DNA of 64,000 nt from an uncultured Holophagae bacterium (GTDB lineage Bacteria; Acidobacteriota; Thermoanaerobaculia; Thermoanaerobaculales; Sulfomarinibacteraceae): positions 48,959 through 112,958 of the forward strand of contig CAWJPY010000008.1 of the NCBI GenBank assembly GCA_963844865.1. Direction: 5' to 3'. The notes under the pieces are model-generated. The model was given only the letters and a program-made list of their open reading frames with translations. It did not search any database and was not told where the DNA came from. Of this stretch, positions 11,180-21,404 are shown one piece after another (the first letter of the stretch is position 1; each line of letters begins with the position of its first letter). A program made the translations under genes and the position numbers.

Positions 11180-12160
11180 ATGCGGTCGATCTTCATCGCG
11201 GTGATGATGCTCCTTTCCACGGCGGCCGGCGCCCAGCAGATCGGCTTGCTCGCCGGCGGCATGGACGTGGTTGGCACCTCGGACAGCTCCTACGCCTGGT
11301 CCCTCGAGTATCGGCAGCACCTCGCCCCGCACCTGGACTGGAGCTTCGCCTGGCTCAACGAGGGTCACCCGGCTGGCCACCACCGGGACGGCTTCGCTCC
11401 CCAGCTCTGGCTGACCGACACCGTGCTCAGCCCCCGCTTCTCCCTGGGCATCGGCGCCGGGCCCTACCGCTTCTTCGACACCGTCCGGGGGCCCCACGGG
11501 GACGCCGTGGATCTCAACGACTGGGGCTGGGTGGTCTCGGTCGCCGCCGGCTGGGAGCTTTCGCACCGGGCCACGCTGCGCCTGGAAACGGTCCGCACCT
11601 ACACCCACAGCGACATCGAGACCCGCCTCTACCTGGTCGGCCTCGGCTGGCGGCTCCGGCAGTCGGACGCGCCCCTGGTCGCGGCCCCCGGCGAGCCGGG
11701 AGGAGTGGCCCGGCGCACGGTGGAGCGGGAGGCCATCGGGTTCGCCGGCGTCTCCGTCCTCAACAACTTCCACAGCCCTCGCGCCACCGCCTGGGGGCTG
11801 CAGTACCGGCACGGCATGGGCACCCACACCGACTGGAGCCTGTCCTGGCTCAACGAGGGAAGGACCCGGCTCACCGACCGCGATGGTCTGGCCGCGCAGG
11901 TCTGGGCCGAGAACGGCTACTCCCGGGAACGCCTGCTCCTCGGCGTCGGGGCCGGGCCGTACCTCTACGTGGACCAGGGAGGCCCGGACAACGGCGACCG
12001 CACCCGCCGCGGGGTGGCGGCCATGGTCAGCCTGAGCGCGGCCTGGCGCTTCGGCGACCGCTTCATCACCCGCCTCATCTGGAACCGGGTCGCCTCGTTC
12101 TACAACCAGGACGCCGACGTGATCGTCCTCGGCGTCGGCATCTCGACGCCGGCAGGCTGA
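11180..12160 (+). CDS. Putative outer-membrane protein with two tandem beta-barrel-like domains
   Basis: Signal peptide; two homologous halves sharing W-S-x-x-WLNEG...RDG...Q.W and GxGAGPY; amphipathic strands. Confidence 0.6.
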   Translation: MRSIFIAVMMLLSTAAGAQQIGLLAGGMDVVGTSDSSYAWSLEYRQHLAPHLDWSFAWLNEGHPAGHHRDGFAPQLWLTDTVLSPRFSLGIGAGPYRFFDTVRGPHGDAVDLNDWGWVVSVAAGWELSHRATLRLETVRTYTHSDIETRLYLVGLGWRLRQSDAPLVAAPGEPGGVARRTVEREAIGFAGVSVLNNFHSPRATAWGLQYRHGMGTHTDWSLSWLNEGRTRLTDRDGLAAQVWAENGYSRERLLLGVGAGPYLYVDQGGPDNGDRTRRGVAAMVSLSAAWRFGDRFITRLIWNRVASFYNQDADVIVLGVGISTPAG

Positions 12161-12188
12161 CCCCGGTGCGGGCGGAGCGCGGGGCGGC

Positions 12189-12689
12189 TCACGTGCCCCG
12201 ACGGACCAGGAACACGGCCACGGACAGCGCGAGCACCGTGAACGCCAGGAGACCGAGCTCGACCATGGCCTGATTGAAGGTCACCGTGGCCCCGAGGCTG
12301 CCCCCGGCAGTGCCCCCCACCACGGCGGTGAGGACCAGGATCCGCCTCACGACGGCGATGATGCCCACCACCAGCACCGGCTCCACCTGGAGCACCCCGG
12401 AGCGCAGGTACCCCAGGGTCGTGTACACGATCTGGGCCAACATGAGGGTCAGTAGCGACCGATCGAAGAGCCGAATGGTGCCGCCCGCGATGTCCTTGCC
12501 CAGATACGAGCCCACCGCCTCGAAGACCGTGAAGCCGAGGAAGATGGTCGCCCCGAGCACGAGCACCGCACCCACCGTCCAGTAGACGCCGCGCTCCGCC
12601 TTCTCGGCGAGGGCCAGGGATGCGGGGGTCTGCGGCGGGTTACCCGCCGTCCGTCCGACCGGGTCCGAGGTGCCGCCTTGTTGACTCAT
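12189..12689 (-). CDS. PsiE-like (phosphate-starvation-inducible E) membrane protein
   Basis: Four TM helices; LLTLMLAQIVYT and EPVLVVGIIAVVRRIL. Confidence 0.8.
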   Translation of the reverse strand: MSQQGGTSDPVGRTAGNPPQTPASLALAEKAERGVYWTVGAVLVLGATIFLGFTVFEAVGSYLGKDIAGGTIRLFDRSLLTLMLAQIVYTTLGYLRSGVLQVEPVLVVGIIAVVRRILVLTAVVGGTAGGSLGATVTFNQAMVELGLLAFTVLALSVAVFLVRRGT

Positions 12690-12698
12690 GGGACGATT

Positions 12699-14015
12699 CT
12701 ACGCTCCCCCGCCCTTCACCGCCTCCTCAACCCGCCGCAGGATGTCGGCGAGATCGTCCTTGTGGGCGGTGAAGGTGAGCATCTTCAGCCGCACGTAGTC
12801 GCCGCGGTAGAAGTAATAGCCCTTCCACTCTCCGTGCCGCGACGACCGGTTCGAGTCCTTGATCAGGAACCAGTCGTGCCCGTCGAGCCGCTCATGACCG
12901 ACCAGGTGGATGCCGTGGTCGTCGGTGGTGGCGCCCTCCGCGACGCGCAGCTCGCGGGCGCTCTGGTCGATGTACTCCCCGGGGATGTCGAAGGTCGGCA
13001 CCACCGCCACGTCCTCGAAGCCGTTCATCCCCGGCTCCGAGGTGTCGCCGCCGATCACCAGGCTGTGCCCGGAGTCGATGATGCGCACGATGGTGTCGTA
13101 CCAGACGTCGAGGGGGACGTTGACGTAGCCCGCGTCATGCCACCAGTTGTCGGGCACCCGGTACTCCGCGCGGGTCCAGAACGGCGCCTGGAGCGTCGAC
13201 ATGACGCTCACGTAGTCATCGGGGTCGAACTGGCAGACGTTGGCGAGGAACGCGTGCGGCGTCATCTCCTCGCCCTGCCACACCACCTTCTCCGGCGGCC
13301 GGCCCATGGTCTCGTCGAGGAGCAGGCGCACCATGGGGATCACGACGTCCTCATTCCAGTAGTTGTGCTCCTTGCACCAGGAGAGCAGCGCTCTCATGTT
13401 GTCCATCATGAGGTCGTGGTCGAAGCGCTTGTCCTCGCCCACCACGCCCTCGTAGTCCGCTCGCGGCACCACGCCGTGCTCGCGGTAGACGCGCAGCAGG
13501 GCGGCACTCTCCGAGCCATGGTCGAACAGGCTCTCGCCCCGCGAGGCGACGAAACCTCTCGCCTTGTTGACGAACTCCCAGTACGCCGTCCACATCTCCG
13601 ACAGCTTGATCTCCTTGCCGTTGAGGCGCTTGATCTCCGACTCGGCGAAGGACGTGGTGGAGAAGCTCCAGCAGGTCCCGGTGAGGTACTGGGGCGTGGG
13701 CGGGAAGTGCCAGGCCTGGTGGGTGAACGCCGCGGGCCCGTCCGGCCGCACCACCCCGGAGAGGTCGAAGCGGAGCTGCTGCTTCGGCTCGGTGCGCTCC
13801 TTCTCGGCCTCCTGGTAGGCCTTGATGAGCTCCTCCGTCTTCGCCCGCGCCGCCTCCACGAGCGCCTCGTCCGCGTCCTTCATCTCCTTGATCACGGGAT
13901 CCTCGTAGCGGTCCGTGTAGTACGCCTGGTCGCGCTTCGGCTCCTCAGCGCCCGCCACGAGCGCCAGTCCCGTCCCGAGAACCACCACCATGCCCGCCGC
14001 CATCAGGTGTCGCAT
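12699..14015 (-). CDS. Secreted papain-family (C1) peptidase, aminopeptidase C-like
   Basis: Signal peptide; QYLTGTCWSFS (catalytic Cys), TDDHGIHLVG (His), LIKDS. Confidence 0.88.
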   Translation of the reverse strand: MRHLMAAGMVVVLGTGLALVAGAEEPKRDQAYYTDRYEDPVIKEMKDADEALVEAARAKTEELIKAYQEAEKERTEPKQQLRFDLSGVVRPDGPAAFTHQAWHFPPTPQYLTGTCWSFSTTSFAESEIKRLNGKEIKLSEMWTAYWEFVNKARGFVASRGESLFDHGSESAALLRVYREHGVVPRADYEGVVGEDKRFDHDLMMDNMRALLSWCKEHNYWNEDVVIPMVRLLLDETMGRPPEKVVWQGEEMTPHAFLANVCQFDPDDYVSVMSTLQAPFWTRAEYRVPDNWWHDAGYVNVPLDVWYDTIVRIIDSGHSLVIGGDTSEPGMNGFEDVAVVPTFDIPGEYIDQSARELRVAEGATTDDHGIHLVGHERLDGHDWFLIKDSNRSSRHGEWKGYYFYRGDYVRLKMLTFTAHKDDLADILRRVEEAVKGGGA

Positions 14016-14224
14016 GTACGCTCTCCTTCCAGCGACAGATCATACGCGATCCCCGTTCCCCCCACCGGTGTCCGCGTCCGCGGACGGCGGCAGCCACCCG
14101 ATCACGCGGGCCAGCGACTCACGGCAGAACGGCACGTCCATCGGGCGTGCCACTGGTGACCGGGCTTCGCTTGCAGCTTCGCCGTGGTCAGCGCTGGCAA
14201 CCACGGGGAACGCGTCGACAGAAT

Positions 14225-14365
14225 CGGCGCGTCGCGGCAGCTCTCGCTTGGGGTAGGCCAAAGCGGGAGCCAGGCACGCTTTCGAATGAAGCGATGCGCG
14301 TCCTATCGCCGCAAAACGGCGTGTCTGGCACCCTCTCTGGTGCTCCCGAAGCGAGACGCCCCGGA
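14225..14365. repeat. Dispersed hairpin element, copy 1
   Basis: Ungapped homology to 33865-34005; inner stem 14269-14279/14319-14329. Confidence 0.75.
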
Positions 14366-14560
14366 TCGCCGAGGCCCGCCGCTGTCCACCGTCCGCTGGC
14401 GCTGGTCACCGCTCCTGTCACCGATCACTGTCGCGGATCGCCGTCGCTGGTCGTTGAGCCCGACACTGTCCAGGCACCACTCGACCGATCGCTTCCCCGG
14501 GCACGCGGGCTGGAGGTTGCGTAGACTGGGCGGGCGCCGGCAGGCGCCGGAGGACAGACC

Positions 14561-16165
14561 ATGCGCCCCATCGAGTTCCGCATCACCCAGGACGGCACCG
14601 TGCTCAGCGACGACCCCGGCCTCCAGGAGGTCCTTCCCGAGGCCCTCGGCCAGGTCCTCAAGGTCGGGCGCCTCCCCGCCGACCTGCCCCTCGTGGGTCA
14701 CTGCCGGGTGGGCGACCGCTGGTGCGTCTTCACCCGGGACCCCGGGGAGCGCGTCATTCGCGGCGTCGCCCTGGAGGCCGCGGCCTACGCCGAGCTGGAC
14801 TACGACCCGTTCCGCACCGCCGCCGCGCATCTCGGCGGCCACGCCGTCACCGAGGCCGTCGCCGCGGGCCCGGTGGAGCCCCCCGCCTCGGGCCGCGCCA
14901 GCGACGCCGAGCAACCGCTGCGGGCCGCCTACGGGGGCTTCCTGGCGGGAGAGCCCCCGCTGCGCCGGGCGCCCTATCTCTCGGTCCTGCCCGCCGGGGT
15001 GGCGTCCGAGGTCTCCCCCCTCAGCCGCCTGACCGCCGAGCCGCCCGCCGCGCCCCAGCCGGGCCACGGGGCGGCGCGGTCGTGGGCCTCGCTACCCCTC
15101 GATCGGGGCGGAGACGTGACGGCCGCGATGCCCCCCACAGCCGCGATGCCCACCGGCGCGGACGACCGCCTCGAGGAGCGCGTGCTCGCCCTCGAGCAGC
15201 GTCTTGCCGGCACCCGCCGGACCCTCGCGATCGTCCTGCCCCTGGTGCTTCTCCTCGGTCTCGCGGGCGGCATCCTCCTCAATGAGAGGATCGACGGCGT
15301 GGCCGCGTCGTCGGCCAAGATCACCACTCTGGCCGAGGGCCTGGGCGTCGAGGCGCCACCGTCCGAGATGGAGCAGGCCATCGCGGCACACCTCCACGAC
15401 CTTTCCACGGCCGCCGTACAGAGCGGCGCGTGGCAGGCCGTCCTGGCGCGGCGCGGGGTCGAGCCGGGCCCCTTCCTGAACGACCTCATGGACCTCGGCG
15501 AGCGCAAGCAGCAGCTCCTCGCCCTGTCCTCCCAGGAGGGCGCCCTGAAGAGCCTGGCCGGCAAGGCCGCGACTCTCATCAGCCTCGCGCCGGCCGCCGA
15601 CGACCTCACGGCCCTTGCCGGTCAGCGCGAGCCCATCCTCCAGCTCGCGCAGCAAGAGCCTCCGCTGACCGCCCTGGCCGCGGCCGCGCCCCAGCTCGGC
15701 ACCCTCGCCAAGGACACGACCCAGCTCCACGGCCTCGCGGCGAGCGCCGGCGACCTCGAGCGCCTGGCCGGTGACCGCGCCGCCCTCACCGCACTCGCCG
15801 CCAGGAGATCCGCCCTCGAGGCCCTGGCCGGCCAGGCGACACCCATTCAGACGATGGTGGAGCACGGCGCCGATCTCATGATCTTCTGGGAGCGCTACGG
15901 GACCGCCATGGAGTCCCTGGCCAAGGAGCAGGTGAGCCTCGCCATGCTGGCCGAGCGCTACCGGACCATCGAGCGCTTGGTGCAGGACAGTCAGATACTC
16001 ACCACCATGGCGGAGAGCAAGCCCCTGCAGAGCCTCGTCAAACGGGACGACGACCTGCAGGCGCTGGACCGCAGCCTGGACAGCGTCCTGAGGCTCGCCG
16101 ACAACGCCGACGCCCTCCTGGGGAACCTGAGCATGCCGCGGCGCGCGGTCCCCAACGGAGGGTAG
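14561..16165 (+). CDS. Hypothetical single-pass membrane protein with 10-residue repeat stalk
   Basis: 534 aa; TM LAIVLPLVLLLGLAGGILL; L-x-x-L-A-x5 repeats. Confidence 0.8.
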   Translation: MRPIEFRITQDGTVLSDDPGLQEVLPEALGQVLKVGRLPADLPLVGHCRVGDRWCVFTRDPGERVIRGVALEAAAYAELDYDPFRTAAAHLGGHAVTEAVAAGPVEPPASGRASDAEQPLRAAYGGFLAGEPPLRRAPYLSVLPAGVASEVSPLSRLTAEPPAAPQPGHGAARSWASLPLDRGGDVTAAMPPTAAMPTGADDRLEERVLALEQRLAGTRRTLAIVLPLVLLLGLAGGILLNERIDGVAASSAKITTLAEGLGVEAPPSEMEQAIAAHLHDLSTAAVQSGAWQAVLARRGVEPGPFLNDLMDLGERKQQLLALSSQEGALKSLAGKAATLISLAPAADDLTALAGQREPILQLAQQEPPLTALAAAAPQLGTLAKDTTQLHGLAASAGDLERLAGDRAALTALAARRSALEALAGQATPIQTMVEHGADLMIFWERYGTAMESLAKEQVSLAMLAERYRTIERLVQDSQILTTMAESKPLQSLVKRDDDLQALDRSLDSVLRLADNADALLGNLSMPRRAVPNGG

Positions 16166-16204
16166 GGAGCCCTCTTTTCCCGCGCCTCCGTCCGTGTCCG
16201 AATC

Positions 16205-16276
16205 GGCGGCAGTGAGCGGCGGCAGTGAGCGGCGGCAGTGAGCGGCGGCAGTGAGCGGCGGCAGTGAGCGGCGGCA
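16205..16276 (+). repeat. Perfect tandem repeat, 13-mer GGCGGCAGTGAGC x5.5
   Basis: Units at 16205, 16218, 16231, 16244, 16257 and a partial unit at 16270. Confidence 0.95.
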
Positions 16277-16325
16277 TGGTCACTCCGGGTCGTTCGTCTG
16301 AGAACGTAGCCGGTGGCCGGCCCAT

Positions 16326-16371
16326 GTCAAGGGCAAGCCGGGCTCGGAGCCCGGTGCTTCGCACCCTTGAC
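16326..16371. repeat. Imperfect palindrome GTCAAGGG...CCCTTGAC
   Basis: Outer GTCAAGGG/CCCTTGAC and inner AAGC-CGGGCT/AGCCCG-GCTT arms. Confidence 0.75.
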
Positions 16372-16402
16372 CTGGGCCGCCCCCGGCTTGTGAACGGGGG
16401 GC

Positions 16403-16777
16403 ATGAACGACCCGGAGGTGACCATGCCCAACGCGATCCCCAGCACTGGTCTCACTGCTCATCACTTGGCGCTCGAAGCGGCCGGCGCTGCGATCAAGCT
16501 CGTCATGAGTTTGCCGGCTCCGTTGAAGCCGATCGGCGATCAGGTGATTCGTTCCGCGAGCTCGGTCCCGGCCAATCTCGCTGAAGGCCACGGACGGTCC
16601 GGCCGAGACCGGGTGCACCACTGGCGCATCGCCTATGCCTCGGCCAAAGAGGTGGACTCACACGTGCGGCTCCTCGCCGCGACCGGAGCCGTCCGTCGGT
16701 CAGCAGCGCAGCTCGTCATCGACGGCTTCGATAAGGTACGCGCCATGACGTGGCGGCTCCTCAACCCGAGGATCTGA
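16403..16777 (+). CDS. Four-helix-bundle protein (23S rRNA-IVP/bAvd-like family)
   Basis: DQVIRSASSVPANLAEGHGR and WRIAYASAKEV match the family core (DQ..RA..S...N.AEG); the start may be ATG 16424. Confidence 0.9.
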   Translation: MNDPEVTMPNAIPSTGLTAHHLALEAAGAAIKLVMSLPAPLKPIGDQVIRSASSVPANLAEGHGRSGRDRVHHWRIAYASAKEVDSHVRLLAATGAVRRSAAQLVIDGFDKVRAMTWRLLNPRI

Positions 16778-16805
16778 CCGTCGGGGCGCCATTCGCTCAA
16801 ACGGC

Positions 16806-18077
<1,272 letters not shown>

Positions 18078-18180
18078 CCTCCGGCCCGGTCCGGGAATCC
18101 TCCCGCGCTGCCGCCGGTTGTCACCACGACCGAGAACCAATCTCGGTCCTTCCGATGCGGAGGCCCTTCCGAGGCGGCGG

Positions 18181-18540
18181 ATGAAGAATGCTGACACGCC
18201 CGCGATCCTGCTCGACGACCTCGTACGTGCAGCGGATGACGTGCCCGGGGTGCGCCGGGACGACCTCTCTGTCGGCGACCGGCTGCTCGTGGCCACCAGG
18301 AACTCCATCTACTCCCTCACCCTCCGCGAGACCGGGTCGTTCCTCGTCACCGGCGGCGTCTTCGAGCGGACGGGCCGGGGAGCCGTCACCGTCGACGTCG
18401 TCGGCTGCTCCGTCGGCGGGCACGCCGTGCTCACCCGCTGCGTGGCGGCGCCGGGTCTATTCCTGGAGCTCGGGGACGGGACCCGGACCACGCGTATCCG
18501 GCAGGTGCGGGTGGTGAGCTCCGCCCACGGTGGGGTGTGA
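18181..18540 (+). CDS. Hypothetical beta-rich protein, 119 aa
   Basis: Open frame with typical GC3 codon usage; GDRLLVATRNSIY and GCSVGG...APGLFLELG. Confidence 0.7.
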   Translation: MKNADTPAILLDDLVRAADDVPGVRRDDLSVGDRLLVATRNSIYSLTLRETGSFLVTGGVFERTGRGAVTVDVVGCSVGGHAVLTRCVAAPGLFLELGDGTRTTRIRQVRVVSSAHGGV

Positions 18541-18739
18541 CGGGCGCCCGCTCCCTCACCTGGAGAGCCGGACCGACGACCCCACAACCACCATCACCAC
18601 GAACCGTCACGCCTCCCTGGAGGAGGGGTCTCTCGGTCACCTGGGGGACGACGGCTCCCGCCATCCACGAACCCCGCGGTGACAGCAGTCACCCCCGGCC
18701 CGCGCCGAGCGCGCTAGCGTGGGAGCGGAACGATCGAGA

Positions 18740-20215
18740 ATGGAACGGCGCGTGAGGTACTGCCTGCTGTCGGCAGCCGCGGCGATGGTCGCGGCAGCGC
18801 TTCCCGCGCACGCCGCCGACTACGAGGTGGGACCGCAACCGGGCATGCTGGGCGCCGTCGGCGACGTCCCGTGGGAGAGCCTGATGCCCGGCGACCGGGT
18901 GCTCATCCACTGGCGGGAGACCCCGTACCACGAGAAGTGGGTGCTGTGCCGGCGCGGCACCGCGGAGGCGCCGATCGTGGTCTCCGGAGTGCCGGGACCC
19001 GGTGGGGCGCTCCCCGTCATCGACGGGCGAGACGCGACGACACGCACCTCCCTCGACTACTGGAACGAGGTCCGAGGCGTGATCAAGATCGGCGGCGCCA
19101 GCATCCCCCCCGACACCCTCCCCGCCCACATCCTGGTCGAGAACCTGGACGTCCGTTCGGGGCGGCCTCCGTTCACCTTCACGACACACTCCGGCGGAGC
19201 GGCAACCTACGCGACGAACGCCGCCGCCATCTACGTGGAGAAGGCCGAGCACCTCACCATCCGCAACTGCATCCTCCGCGACTCCGGCAACGGCCTCTTC
19301 ATCGGCGCCGCAGACGGCGCCACCTCCGACATCCTCATCCACGGCAACTGGATCCACGACAACGGCATCGAGGGCAGCTACTACGAGCACAACAGCTACA
19401 CCGCCGCCATCCACATCACCTTCCAGTTCAACCGCTACGGACGTCTGCGGCCGGACTGCGGGGGGAACAACCTGAAGGACCGCTCGGCGGGGTTGGTGGT
19501 CCGCTACAACTGGATCGAAGGGGGCAACCGCCAGCTCGATCTCGTGGACGCCGAGGACAGCCAGGTGCTCGTGGACCACCCCGACTACCGGACGACGCTG
19601 GTCTACGGCAACGTGCTCATCGAGCCCGACGGCGAGGGCAACAGCCAGATCGTGCACTACGGCGGCGACAGCGGCGCCACCGCCGACTACCGCAAGGGCA
19701 CCCTGCACTTCTACCACAACACGGTGGTCTCGACCCGCACCGGCAACACGACCCTGCTGCGCCTCTCCACCAACGACGAGCACGCCGACGTCCGCGACAA
19801 CATCGTCTACCCCACTGCGGGCGGCTCCCGGCTCGCCATGCTGGACGGCGCCGGCATGCTGGACCTGCGCGACAACTGGCTGCCCCTGGGCTGGGTCGCG
19901 ACCCACGGCACGCTCACCGGAGTGCTCACCGGCTACGACGCCAACCTGGAGGGGATCGACCCCTCGTTCGCCGACCTCGCCCACCAGGACTTCACCCTGG
20001 CCCCCGGCGCCAGCGTGTGCGAGGACGCGGGCGGCCCCCTGGCGGACGCCGTCGTGCCGGAGCACGCCCCCGTCTGGCAGTACGTGCGCCACCGTGGCGC
20101 CGCCCCGCGCCCCGATGACGGCGCCCGTGATCTGGGGGCCTTCGAGTCCGGTCTCATCTTCGCCGACGCCTTCGAGAGCGGCGACGCCTCCCGGTGGTCG
20201 CGCGCAGCGCCGTGA
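18740..20215 (+). CDS. Secreted right-handed beta-helix (pectin lyase-like fold) protein
   Basis: Signal peptide; repeats such as LTIRNCILRDSGNG and ILIHGNWIHDNG; C-terminal LIFADAFESGD tail. Confidence 0.8.
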   Translation: MERRVRYCLLSAAAAMVAAALPAHAADYEVGPQPGMLGAVGDVPWESLMPGDRVLIHWRETPYHEKWVLCRRGTAEAPIVVSGVPGPGGALPVIDGRDATTRTSLDYWNEVRGVIKIGGASIPPDTLPAHILVENLDVRSGRPPFTFTTHSGGAATYATNAAAIYVEKAEHLTIRNCILRDSGNGLFIGAADGATSDILIHGNWIHDNGIEGSYYEHNSYTAAIHITFQFNRYGRLRPDCGGNNLKDRSAGLVVRYNWIEGGNRQLDLVDAEDSQVLVDHPDYRTTLVYGNVLIEPDGEGNSQIVHYGGDSGATADYRKGTLHFYHNTVVSTRTGNTTLLRLSTNDEHADVRDNIVYPTAGGSRLAMLDGAGMLDLRDNWLPLGWVATHGTLTGVLTGYDANLEGIDPSFADLAHQDFTLAPGASVCEDAGGPLADAVVPEHAPVWQYVRHRGAAPRPDDGARDLGAFESGLIFADAFESGDASRWSRAAP

Positions 20216-20474
20216 CAGGGTCCGGTCGCGCTGACGCGTTCAGCTCCCGTGCCCAGGATGTGGGCATCCCGTCGCCGCCCCTGTCCGCTGCCGCCGCCGC
20301 TGGCTGCTGCCCCTGATTCCCGCCGCTGATGGCTGGCGCGGTGCCTGTCGCCGACCTCTTCTCACGGCGTTCCCAACCCACCTTGAACCACGCCATACGA
20401 CCCGCTCAGATCCCCGCGAATGCAAAAGAACTGACAAAGCTCCGCGCCACGGCCGCCTCACGCTACGCCTGGGC

Positions 20475-20503
20475 TTGACCCCGCCGACGTGACTGTCTAG
20501 GTT
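20475..20503 (+). promoter_or_regulatory. Sigma70-type promoter for the FHA gene
   Basis: TTGACC-N17-TAGGTT about 20 nt before the ATG. Confidence 0.55.
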
Positions 20504-20522
20504 GAGAACAGAGGGACGAGCC

Positions 20523-20876
20523 ATGCCGAGACTTGACGTCTATGTAGACTACAAGCGCTTCCTGTCGTTCAAGCTCGGCCGTGAGTCGCTGCGGGTCGGC
20601 AGGTCCCCCGACTGCGACCTCCAGCTTCCCTCGGAGCAGGTCTCCAGGCACCACTCGACCATCGCCCCCACCAAGGACGGCGGCTTCGCCATCGAGGACG
20701 TGAGCACCAACGGGACCCGCGTCAACGCCACGATGATCCACGGCCGCAAGGCGCTCGTCCCGGGCGACCGCATCTACATCGCCACCTACGTGCTGGTCTA
20801 CCAGGAAGACGACACCCCGCCGGAGACCCTCGACAGCGAGCAGACCCTGGTCATGGACGACACACGGCTGATGTAG
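20523..20876 (+). CDS. Stand-alone FHA domain protein
   Basis: VGRSPDCDL, VSRHH, DVSTNGT: all conserved pThr-binding positions present. Confidence 0.9.
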   Translation: MPRLDVYVDYKRFLSFKLGRESLRVGRSPDCDLQLPSEQVSRHHSTIAPTKDGGFAIEDVSTNGTRVNATMIHGRKALVPGDRIYIATYVLVYQEDDTPPETLDSEQTLVMDDTRLM

Positions 20877-21176
20877 GCCGGAGCCACGCCCCGTCCGCAT
20901 CCGCGTCCGCGTCTGCTTCCGAGCTCCCGCTCACGTCCGCGCCCGACAAACGCGTCGCGAACCACAAACAGCGACTGCGATCGGCAGCAGCGTCCGGCGG
21001 CAGCGCGCAGCGTCCGTGACCGACGGCAGCGTCCGGCGGCACCCTTTCCCGCGCTCCCGAAGCCTTCTTCGACGACACACCCACCTTCTGTCGTGGTGAG
21101 CATCGCCAAGCCCTCGAGGCGGTGTTACGTGGAATGACACGGGGCCGCGCGGAGACGGTGGAACGTCCAAGTTGCC

Positions 21177-21228
21177 TGTCATTCTGAGCGAGGGTCGGTC
21201 CGCCGGAGCGAGGCGAAGGATTCCCCGA
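21177..21228 (+). repeat. Partial palindromic element beginning TGTCATTCTGAGCG
   Basis: Left end complements the GCTCGAGATGACA/GCTCGGGATGACA ends at 52838-52915. Confidence 0.5.
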
Positions 21229-21404
21229 GAGCTCCAGAGTCGTGACGGGGAGGCGTCTTATGGGACGCGGACGGGGGCGCGGACGCGGGTGGCGCCGCTG
21301 CGGGATACTGGCGCTGATCGCCGCCCCTGACAGCCGTTGCGGATGGCTGCACCTGACGCTGGTCGCCGGCCCGTCGATGATGGCGGCACCCGCGCGCGTC
21401 GCCG

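Noticed and set aside
11180-12160. PagL-type lipid A deacylase
   Set aside because: No C-terminal H-x-S-N catalytic motif in either half
16205-16276. CRISPR array
   Set aside because: Head-to-tail 13-mers with no spacers and no cas genes
16403-16777. Diversity-generating retroelement
   Set aside because: An Avd-like gene is present, but there is no reverse transcriptase and no TR/VR pair differing at adenines in the window
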